This document shows positions 27,528 through 35,000 of a stretch of 64,000 nucleotides of DNA, one piece after another (position 1 is the first letter of the stretch; the number at the start of each line of letters is the position of its first letter). Below the pieces are notes generated by a model, which was given only the letters and a program-made list of their open reading frames with translations, was not told the origin of the DNA and made no database searches. Source of the DNA: Hyphomonadaceae bacterium (lineage in GTDB: Bacteria; Pseudomonadota; Alphaproteobacteria; Caulobacterales; Hyphomonadaceae); the NCBI GenBank assembly GCA_035995285.1, contig DASYKO010000118.1:21211-85210 (forward strand), in the 5' to 3' direction. Made by a program: the position numbers and the translations under genes.

Positions 27528-27914
27528 ATGAAACGTTTGGTCGCTGGTATTGCAGCGCTCGCGGCGATCGCCGTCGCTGCGCCTGCATTCGCTCACCACG
27601 GACTCGCCAAGGAGTTCGACATGGAGAGGCGCGTGATCCTGAAGGGCAAGGTCACCAAGGTGTTCTGGCAGAACCCGCACATCTACTACAATCTCGAAGT
27701 GATGGAGAACGGGAAGCCGCGCACTTACAACATCGAGTCCGTTCCGGTCGCGATGGCGCGCGCTGCGGGTCTCACCGCGCAGCAGCTGCGTAATGACGGC
27801 AAGGATGTCGAGGTCGCTGTGCGTCCGGGTCTCAAGGATCCGAACGTGGCCTGGGGACTGCTGCTGAAGTTCTCCGATGGCAAAGTGGTCTCTTTCGAAG
27901 GCTTCAAGGAATAG
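27528..27914 (+). CDS. Small secreted protein whose predicted mature N-terminus is His-His (resembles DUF6152)
   Basis: Start moved to ATG 27528, which has GGGAGGAGAAG upstream. The signal MKRLVAGIAALAAIAVAAPAFA is followed by HHGLAKEFDMERRVILKGKVTKVFWQNPHIYY. The family name is from memory, not searched. Confidence 0.75.
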   Translation: MKRLVAGIAALAAIAVAAPAFAHHGLAKEFDMERRVILKGKVTKVFWQNPHIYYNLEVMENGKPRTYNIESVPVAMARAAGLTAQQLRNDGKDVEVAVRPGLKDPNVAWGLLLKFSDGKVVSFEGFKE

Positions 27915-27942
27915 AGCGCGACAGCGCCTCACGGAGGAACAC

Positions 27943-28815
27943 ATGAAACGCGCATTGTTGAAGGCAGGCTCGGTGGCCGCCATTGTCGGCCTCGCTGCTG
28001 CGGTATCGCTGCCCGTGCTTGCACAGACACCGGCGGCTCAGAAAGCATCGGCCCAGAAGGAAACTACGGTAGCGATCAAGCGGTTGGCGAACGGCAAGCC
28101 GGATCTTTCCGGCACGTGGGTCTTCCGCCTCGCCCCGACGCCGGTGAAGGATCCGCGCGGCGTCTGCGCCGGCCCGGCCTGCGGCCGCGACGCCGGCATC
28201 GACCCTGGCGCTCCTGCGCCTGCGGGCGCTGCTCCTGCCGGCCCGCGCGTGCAGTTCCCGAACTACAAGCCGGAGCTCAAGGAAAAGATCGCGATGTATA
28301 ACAAGGAGCAGGTCACCTACGACCCTGCCCTGCGTTGCGGCAATCCAGGCATTCCGCGCGTCGGCACGCCGGACAAGATCATCCAGACACCGGACCAGGT
28401 CGTGTTCCTCTATGACGATCTCAATGGCGCGTTCTGGCGGATCATCCCGACGACCAAGGACGTCAAGTTCCGCGAAGACGCGGAAGAAGGTCCGATGGGC
28501 GATAGCATCGGCCGCTGGGAAGGCGACAAGCTGATCATCGAGACGCAGAACCTCGGTGAAGATACCTGGCTGGCCGACAACGGGGCGTTCCACACCTACA
28601 AGCTGAAGACGGTGGAAGAGGTCAGCCTCAACGCCGCCGGCGGGCTCGACTACAAATTCACCGCCAATGATCCGGATGTTCTAGCCGAGCCGTTCGTGAA
28701 GCAGCGGACGCTCGTGCGCAACAACAGGGAGCTTCTGCAGCCGCCGCCGTGTGTCGAGCAGAGCATCGGACGTATGACAGGTATCGAAAGCTATCACCCC
28801 AACCCGCGCTGGTAG
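27943..28815 (+). CDS. Secreted 290-aa protein of unknown function (four Cys)
   Basis: Start moved to ATG 27943, which has GGAGGAA upstream. Signal ...VSLPVLAQT. Ala/Pro-rich insert. Cys present in GVCAGPACG, ALRCGNPG and PPPCVEQS. Begins 28 nt after the previous gene. Confidence 0.75.
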   Translation: MKRALLKAGSVAAIVGLAAAVSLPVLAQTPAAQKASAQKETTVAIKRLANGKPDLSGTWVFRLAPTPVKDPRGVCAGPACGRDAGIDPGAPAPAGAAPAGPRVQFPNYKPELKEKIAMYNKEQVTYDPALRCGNPGIPRVGTPDKIIQTPDQVVFLYDDLNGAFWRIIPTTKDVKFREDAEEGPMGDSIGRWEGDKLIIETQNLGEDTWLADNGAFHTYKLKTVEEVSLNAAGGLDYKFTANDPDVLAEPFVKQRTLVRNNRELLQPPPCVEQSIGRMTGIESYHPNPRW

Positions 28816-28889
28816 GGACGCGTTTGCCGCCGCGGCGAGATCATCGCCGCGGGGGATCTTCCCTCAATTAATGCAGGCCTGCCCCACCC

Positions 28890-29366
28890 ATGGGTTTTCT
28901 TACCTGGCTCCAGGAAACTGAGTTCGCCCAGTTCCTGGCCTCCGATCCGTATGCCTATCCGGTGCTGCTGTGCTTTCACGCCATGGGCATGGCGACTGTC
29001 GTCGGGCTGGTGTGGGTGATGAGCGCGCGCGTGCTCGGCTATCCCAGGGGGCTTACGCTCGAGGCCTTCCATCGCATGTCGACGATCGCGCTGTGGGGAT
29101 TTGCGGTGAATGCCGTGTCGGGCTTCATGATCTTCTCGACCGAAGCGACACGCGTCATCGATAACGCGGAATTCCTGATCAAGATGGCGGCCATCCTGAT
29201 CGGCGGGCTTTCCGTCTGGTACATGATGCGCACGGTGCGCGGGCTACGGGCGGACGCCGGCTTTCCGCTCTCGCTGAAGATCACCGCGGTCGTGACGTCG
29301 GCCGCCTGGTTCATCGCGATCGTCTTCGGGCGCCTTGTCGCCTACACCATCAAACCTCCGTTCTAG
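28890..29366 (+). CDS. Four-TM membrane protein, paralog 1 (unknown; CopD-like topology)
   Basis: 158 aa. The TM1 region contains YPVLLCFHAMGMA. Clearly aligns with the next gene (FPV..H, GF(A)(V/I)N..SG, IL(I/L)GGL, GRL). Confidence 0.75.
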   Translation: MGFLTWLQETEFAQFLASDPYAYPVLLCFHAMGMATVVGLVWVMSARVLGYPRGLTLEAFHRMSTIALWGFAVNAVSGFMIFSTEATRVIDNAEFLIKMAAILIGGLSVWYMMRTVRGLRADAGFPLSLKITAVVTSAAWFIAIVFGRLVAYTIKPPF

Positions 29367-29375
29367 GCGCGCCCC

Positions 29376-29870
29376 ATGGACGATCTTCTCCGCTGGGTCA
29401 GGGATACGCCGCTCGGCCACTTCATGCGCGAGACGGGGAATGCGTTCCCCGTCGCAGAGATGTCTCACTTCATCAGCCTGTCGCTGCTGATGGGCGTGAT
29501 GCTGGTCGTGGACCTGCGCATTCTCGGCGTATTCAAACAGGCGAGCTATTCCTCGGTGCTGAAGCTGATCCCGCTGGCCATCGTGGGCTTTGCGATCAAC
29601 CTGATCTCGGGCGTCTGCTTCATCGTCACCAACCCTTTTCTCTATTTCACCAACCCGGCCTTCTACTGGAAGCTGACCTTCATCCTCCTCGGCGGCCTCA
29701 ACGCACTGTGGTTCACTTTCGCGGAACACAGGCTGATCTCCGGCCTGCCGACCGACGCCAGGGCGCCGGCGCTGGCCCGCGTGATGGCTGCCGCCTCGCT
29801 CGGCATGTGGACGCTGGTGCTGTTGCTGGGACGCCTCCTGCCGACCTTTGCCCCGGTTGCAGGCGGCTGA
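29376..29870 (+). CDS. Four-TM membrane protein, paralog 2 (unknown)
   Basis: 164 aa. Begins 9 nt after paralog 1. The TM1 region contains FPVAEMSHFISLSLL. Confidence 0.75.
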   Translation: MDDLLRWVRDTPLGHFMRETGNAFPVAEMSHFISLSLLMGVMLVVDLRILGVFKQASYSSVLKLIPLAIVGFAINLISGVCFIVTNPFLYFTNPAFYWKLTFILLGGLNALWFTFAEHRLISGLPTDARAPALARVMAAASLGMWTLVLLLGRLLPTFAPVAGG

Positions 29871-29952
29871 TGACAATGCGGGCTCGGCAAGCGGTGCGAT
29901 GTGACCTAGACTCAATGAAGCACGTCAGAAACTGACAACTCGGGAGGTTGTG

Positions 29953-30900
29953 ATGGACCGTCGTAGTGCAGTGATGGGGCTGGCCCTGCTCGGGCTTGCA
30001 GCTTTCGGTACGGCAGTGGCCCAGCAGACACCGGCGCGGCCCACAGCGGGCGCATCTGCCGGACCTATCGTGAAAGCGGGCGCGACGCAGAAGCTGACGA
30101 CGCACGTCTACGCCATCTCGGACAACAGCGTTCCGGGCGTTCCCAACGTCGGATTCGTCGTGGGCTCGAAGGCCACGCTGGTGATCGACACCGGCATGGG
30201 GGCGCCGAACGGCAAGACTGTGCTGGCCGAGGCGCAGAAGCTCTCCGCAACCAACAAGCTCTATCTGGTCACCACACACGTTCACCCCGAGCATGATCTC
30301 GGGGCGCAGGCCTTCCCGGCCACGACGACGATGATCCGCGCCAACGCGCAGGTGAAGGAAATCGCGGAAGAAGGCTTCCGAACGGCAGACATGTTCCGCG
30401 GCCGTTCGGAGATCAACAAGCAGCTTCTGGAAGGCGCAGAATTCCGCAAGGCGGATGTGACGTTCGACACCACCTACGATCTCGATCTCGGCGGGGTGAA
30501 GGTGAAGCTCTACATGCTGGGGCCAGGCCACACGCAGGCTGATACCGTCACGTTCGTCGAAGGCGACAATGTGCTTTTCTCTGGCGACCTCGCCATGAAG
30601 GGAATGCCTGCCTTTGCCAGTTCGAAATCCAGTGCAAAGCAATGGCTTGTGGCGCTCGACAAGATGGATGCGCTGAAGCCCAAGGTGGTCGTGCCCAGCC
30701 ATGGTCCGATCGGGGACGCGTCCTATATCGCCACTTACCGGACTTACATCACGCGCATCCAGTCGCGGGCTGCCGCACTGAAGCGCGAAGGCAAGTCGGT
30801 TGACGATGCAGTGACTGCCATTACTGCCGAGCTCAAGCCGGACTATGATACAAGCCGCGCTGCTGCGGCGATACGGACCGCCTATAACGAAGCGCGATGA
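29953..30900 (+). CDS. Secreted metallo-beta-lactamase-fold hydrolase
   Basis: Signal peptide ...FGTAVAQQ. THVHPEHDLG metal-binding motif. ATG 29953 is preferred over GTG 29950 because of the GGGAGG spacing. Confidence 0.85.
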   Translation: MDRRSAVMGLALLGLAAFGTAVAQQTPARPTAGASAGPIVKAGATQKLTTHVYAISDNSVPGVPNVGFVVGSKATLVIDTGMGAPNGKTVLAEAQKLSATNKLYLVTTHVHPEHDLGAQAFPATTTMIRANAQVKEIAEEGFRTADMFRGRSEINKQLLEGAEFRKADVTFDTTYDLDLGGVKVKLYMLGPGHTQADTVTFVEGDNVLFSGDLAMKGMPAFASSKSSAKQWLVALDKMDALKPKVVVPSHGPIGDASYIATYRTYITRIQSRAAALKREGKSVDDAVTAITAELKPDYDTSRAAAAIRTAYNEAR

Positions 30901-30932
30901 CGCGAACTGCAGATCATCTTGGGAGATTTGAC

Positions 30933-31595
30933 ATGAAGTCGATTGCTTACATGACCATGGCGCTCGCCATCGGTCTCAACGCTGGAATTGCATCGGCCCA
31001 GGCGCCGCCGGCGGCGGAGGAAAAAGGCCTGCCGATGTCGGCTCTGGTGAACGCGCCCGCGAAGGGCGGCGCCAAGCTCACCGTCTCGACGCCGGCGTTC
31101 AAGGCAGGCGCAGACATCCCGTTCGAGAACACGCAATACCAGGGCAACAAATTCCCCGGCCTCGAGTGGAGCAAGGGGCCTGCAGCCACCAAGAGCTACG
31201 CCATCATCATGCAGGACACGGACGGCATCCGTAACAACATGCCGATCCTGCACTGGACGATGTTCAACATCCCAACCACCGCCACCAAACTCGACGCCGG
31301 GATGACGGCGCCACCCGCAGGCGCAGCGTTCGGCCCGAACATCCGCGGACCCGCGCAGGCCTATATGGGCCCCCGCACGCCGGCAGGCCCCAAGCACCGC
31401 TATCACTTCCAGGTCTTCGCGCTGGATACGACAGTGGACGCCACCAAGACCTATGACGAAATCCTCGCTGCCATGAAGGACCACGTGCTGGCCTCCGGCG
31501 AGACGATCGGCCTTGGGCAGGTGGATCCGAACGCCCCGCCCCCTGCCCCGCGCCCGGCTGCGCCTGCGGCTCCGGCCGCGCCGCCGGCGAACTGA
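30933..31595 (+). CDS. Secreted YbhB/YbcL-type PEBP (Raf kinase inhibitor-like) protein with Pro/Ala-rich tail
   Basis: Signal ...GIASAQA. PEBP motifs (FPGLEWS, YAIIMQDTD, HRYHFQVFALD). C-terminal PNAPPPAPRPAAPAAPAAPPAN. Start moved to ATG 30933. Confidence 0.85.
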   Translation: MKSIAYMTMALAIGLNAGIASAQAPPAAEEKGLPMSALVNAPAKGGAKLTVSTPAFKAGADIPFENTQYQGNKFPGLEWSKGPAATKSYAIIMQDTDGIRNNMPILHWTMFNIPTTATKLDAGMTAPPAGAAFGPNIRGPAQAYMGPRTPAGPKHRYHFQVFALDTTVDATKTYDEILAAMKDHVLASGETIGLGQVDPNAPPPAPRPAAPAAPAAPPAN

Positions 31596-31622
31596 ACGCC
31601 GACACCTTTCCCTGAGACTTGT

Positions 31623-31656
31623 GAAGCGCCCGGTTCCACCGGGCGCTTCTTTCTTT
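31623..31656 (+). terminator. Strong intrinsic terminator closing the 26.1-31.6 kb cluster
   Basis: GAAGCGCCCGG-TTCCA-CCGGGCGCTTC is an 11-bp perfect stem, followed by TTTCTTT. Confidence 0.8.
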
Positions 31657-31807
31657 GTGCTGGAATGCTGCAGAGACGATCCCGATGCATAGGCACGGCG
31701 CGACCGGCATGAAGACTGCCGTCTTTTTGGGCATCGCCGGGCAAGCTGCGGCTTGAGCTGAGAGTTCCGCCATCGGCCGCGGCGAATAATGCGAGGTCTG
31801 GCCCGGC

Positions 31808-32386
31808 ATGCGGCTTCTCCTCATCGATCCCGATCCTGCCCGCGCCGCCCTCGTCGCCGAGGGCCTTGCTGGCATTGATCCGCTGGAATTCAGGCGCGCC
31901 GACCGGCTGAGCGAGGCCGACCTCGTGGCATTCAAGCCGGATATCGTGGTGATCGCCTGCGACAGCCCCGACCGCGACACGCTGGAGGGATTGCGCGAGG
32001 CGACGCAGAACAACCCGCGCCCGGTGGTTATGTTTGTCGACCGCTCGGAACCTGGGCGAGCGGAGGAAGCGGTGCGCGCGGGCGTCGCGGCGTACATCGT
32101 CGATGGCCTGCAGCCGGCGCGCGTGCGCCCGATCCTGGAAGTGGCGATGAGCCGGTTCCAGCTGATGCAGCAGCTTCGGGCGGACCTTGCGAAGGCTCAA
32201 TCCGACCTTGCCTCGCGCAAGACCATCGAGCGGGCCAAGGGCGTCTTGATGAAGGAGCGGCAGATTGGCGAGGAAGAGGCCTACGCCATGCTGCGCAAGC
32301 TGGCGATGAACACGGGGCGGCCGGTTGCGGCTGTCGCGGCGGACCTCCTGTCCTTTCATGGCGTGCTGAAGGGAGACAAGCCGTGA
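31808..32386 (+). CDS. nasT: ANTAR-domain antiterminator response regulator NasT
   Basis: REC-like N-domain plus C-terminal ANTAR motif (RKTIERAKGVLMKERQIGEEEAYAMLRKLAMN). Overlaps nasS by 4 nt. Confidence 0.9.
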   Translation: MRLLLIDPDPARAALVAEGLAGIDPLEFRRADRLSEADLVAFKPDIVVIACDSPDRDTLEGLREATQNNPRPVVMFVDRSEPGRAEEAVRAGVAAYIVDGLQPARVRPILEVAMSRFQLMQQLRADLAKAQSDLASRKTIERAKGVLMKERQIGEEEAYAMLRKLAMNTGRPVAAVAADLLSFHGVLKGDKP

Positions 32387-33549
32387 CCCTTTCCATCGAT
32401 CTGGGATTTGTCGCACTGACCGACGCCGCCCCGCTCATCGTGGCGAAGGAGCGCGGGCTGTTTGCGAAGGAGGGGCTGGAGGTCTTGCTCCACCGTGAAG
32501 TGTCGTGGGCGACGGTGCGGGACAAGGTTTCGGCCGGCGTGTTCCAGGGGGCGCATATGCTGGCGCCGCTCGCCATCGCGGCGCGGCTGGGGTTGGGCGC
32601 GGAGCGGGCGGATGTGATGGCGCCGATGTCGCTGAATGCGCATGGGGCGACGATCGGCGTGTCGGCGCAACTTGCCTCGGAGATGAGTGAGTTGGGGGCT
32701 GCGGGTCTAGCGCAGGCGATTGCGCGGCGGCTGGGCCGGGCGGATCCGCAGGTGCTGTTCGCGACGGTCTTTCCCTACTCCATGCACAACTACATGCTCC
32801 GCTACTGGGCGGCGTCGGCCGGGATCGATCCGGACCGCGACATGCGCATCGTGACTGCCCCGCCGACCTCAATCGTTGACCGCCTCAAGACCGAAGCCAT
32901 CGACGGCTTCAGCGTGGGCGCTCCGTGGGGCGCGGTGTGCGAGGCGCAGTGCAGGGCGAAGATCGTGCTGGAGGCCGGGGAGTTCTGGCCGGGCGGTCCC
33001 GACAAGGTGCTCGGCATGTCGGAGACATGGGCGCACCGTGAGCCGGAGGCGATGCAGGCGCTGCTGCGCGCGCTGCTGCAGGCGATGAGCTGGGCCGATG
33101 CGCCGGAGAATCTGGGCGAGCTCGCAGGGATGCTGGCGGCGCCTCAATATCTGGCGGCCCCGATGGACCTGATCGGCAAGCGGCTCGGGAAGGAAGAGAA
33201 GAGCATCCGCTTCTCGCGGGCTGCAGCGTCCTTTCCGTGGCAAAGTCATGCGGCGTGGATCTTCAGCCAGATGCTGCGCTGGGGTCAGGCCGACCATCGC
33301 GTCGATCAGGGGCGTGCGCTGGAATGCTACCGCCCGGACCTCTACCGGAAAGCAGCCGCTGAGCTGGGCATTTCAGCGCCTCTGGCGGATTCCAAGATGG
33401 AAGGCGCGCACGCTGAACCGTGGGCGCTGCCGGGCTCGCGCGGGCCGATCCCGATGCCGCGCGACACTCTTCCCGATGGCGCCGCGTTCGATCCCGACTC
33501 GCTGCGCGAGTATGCGGCCAGCTTTGCGATCAGCAGGGTAAACGCCTGA
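32383..33549 (+). CDS. nasS: Nitrate/nitrite sensor NasS (NrtA-like binding protein without signal peptide)
   Basis: LGFVALTDAAPLIVAKERGLFAKEGLEV is an NrtA/SsuA-like fold. GTG start overlaps the nasT stop (GTGA). Confidence 0.85.
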   Translation: MTLSIDLGFVALTDAAPLIVAKERGLFAKEGLEVLLHREVSWATVRDKVSAGVFQGAHMLAPLAIAARLGLGAERADVMAPMSLNAHGATIGVSAQLASEMSELGAAGLAQAIARRLGRADPQVLFATVFPYSMHNYMLRYWAASAGIDPDRDMRIVTAPPTSIVDRLKTEAIDGFSVGAPWGAVCEAQCRAKIVLEAGEFWPGGPDKVLGMSETWAHREPEAMQALLRALLQAMSWADAPENLGELAGMLAAPQYLAAPMDLIGKRLGKEEKSIRFSRAAASFPWQSHAAWIFSQMLRWGQADHRVDQGRALECYRPDLYRKAAAELGISAPLADSKMEGAHAEPWALPGSRGPIPMPRDTLPDGAAFDPDSLREYAASFAISRVNA

Positions 33550-33613
33550 GGCGGCGCCCATTTCGCGGTCAGGGCGCCTCGTCCGGCGCCGCAGCGACAG
33601 GCGTTTGAGCATT

Positions 33614-33640
33614 CGCGAAGGTGCACTGCAGCATCTCGCG
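33614..33640 (+). promoter_or_regulatory. Candidate ANTAR-target hairpin in the narK leader
   Basis: CGCGAAGGTGC-ACTGCA-GCATCTCGCG forms a 10-bp stem (one bulged A, one G-U). Its hexaloop has A at position 1 and G at position 4, as in ANTAR targets. Confidence 0.35.
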
Positions 33641-33776
33641 TGACTTGAGGAGCTGCTTCGAGCCTCATGAACGCACGGCCAACGGACAACGGCGTTCGCG
33701 GCTCCCTTGGTTGACTGCCCGGATGCAGTCCCTCCCCGGCGAAGACGCCGATCATGGAACACAGGGCTCATCCGTC

Positions 33777-34991
33777 ATGCCGTCACGCGCTTTCCTGAAA
33801 GCGGGCCACACGCCCACTCTGTTTGCGTCCTTCCTCTATTTCGACCTCAGTTTCATGGTCTGGGTGATGCTCGGACCACTGGGCGTCGCCGTCGCCAGGG
33901 ACCTGCATCTCGACGCCGCACAGAAAGGCCTGATGGTGGCGGTGCCGGTGCTGTCAGGCGCTTTCCTGCGCGTGCTCGCGGGCATCATGGTTGACCGCAT
34001 CGGGCCGAAGCGCACCGGGCTGATCTTCCAGGCCGTGGTGCTGACCGGACTGCTGGTTGCTTGGTTCATCGGCCTAAAGGACTACAACAGTGTGCTGGTG
34101 TTTGGCCTGCTGCTCGGCGTTGCCGGCGCCTCCTTCGCCGTGGCGCTGCCGCTGGCCTCGCGCTGGTATCCGCCGGAATATCAAGGCCTCGCCCTAGGCA
34201 TCGCCGGCGCAGGCAATTCGGGCACAGCGCTGGCCGCTCTCTTTGCTCCCGGGCTAGCCGAGGCATTCGGCTGGTCGAACGTGATCGGCATGGCGGTGCT
34301 GCCGCTGCTAATCGCCTTCGCCGTCTTCATCATCTTCGCCAAGGACGCGCCGAACCGGCCCGCGCCGAAGCCGCTCAACGCCTATTTCGACGTGCTGAAG
34401 ACGCGCGATGCGTGGATGCTGATGCTGCTCTATTCCGTCACCTTCGGCGGCTTCGTCGGCCTCTCCTCCTCGCTCACCATCTTCTTCAACTCCGAATACG
34501 GCCTCTCGCCGGTGATCGCGGGATACTTCACCGCCGCTTGCGTCTTCGCCGGATCCTTCGCCCGCCCCATCGGCGGCGCTCTGGCCGACAAGTTCGGCGG
34601 CATCCGCACGCTGACCTTCGTCTACGCCCTCGCCATCGGCGGCCTCGCTCTCGCCAGCCTTGCCTGGCCCTCCGCCTGGCTCGCCCTCGCGGTCGTTCTC
34701 TTCAGCATGTGCGCACTCGGCGCAGGCAATGGCGCCGTGTTCCAGATCGCGCCGCAGCGCTTCCGCAATGAGATCGGCGTTGTCACCGGCCTTGTCGGCA
34801 TGACCGGCGGGATCGGCGGCTTCTACCTCGCCTCCACCCTCGGCTTCGCCAAGCAGGCAACCGGATCCTACCAGCTCGGCTTCCTCGGCTTTGCCGCGCT
34901 GGCTCTGGTCGCCCTCGTCGCGCTGGTCGGCGTCCGCAAGCAGTGGCGCTCGACCTGGCTCGCGCGGTCCTCTGCTCAAGCGCAGGCCTGA
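33777..34991 (+). CDS. narK: NarK/NasA-type MFS nitrate/nitrite transporter
   Basis: MPSRAFLKAGHTPTLFASFLYFDLSFMVWVMLGPLG and 12 TM. Start moved to ATG 33777, in frame with track ORF 33621..34991. Confidence 0.9.
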   Translation: MPSRAFLKAGHTPTLFASFLYFDLSFMVWVMLGPLGVAVARDLHLDAAQKGLMVAVPVLSGAFLRVLAGIMVDRIGPKRTGLIFQAVVLTGLLVAWFIGLKDYNSVLVFGLLLGVAGASFAVALPLASRWYPPEYQGLALGIAGAGNSGTALAALFAPGLAEAFGWSNVIGMAVLPLLIAFAVFIIFAKDAPNRPAPKPLNAYFDVLKTRDAWMLMLLYSVTFGGFVGLSSSLTIFFNSEYGLSPVIAGYFTAACVFAGSFARPIGGALADKFGGIRTLTFVYALAIGGLALASLAWPSAWLALAVVLFSMCALGAGNGAVFQIAPQRFRNEIGVVTGLVGMTGGIGGFYLASTLGFAKQATGSYQLGFLGFAALALVALVALVGVRKQWRSTWLARSSAQAQA

Positions 34992-35000
34992 GCCCCAGCC

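Noticed and set aside
33641-33776. Search for a second ANTAR hairpin and a U-tailed terminator in the narK leader
   Set aside because: Only weak 3-5-bp stems are present (e.g. TGAGG...CCTCA), their loops do not fit the A1/G4 hexaloop rule, and no T-run follows. They are therefore not reported as features.
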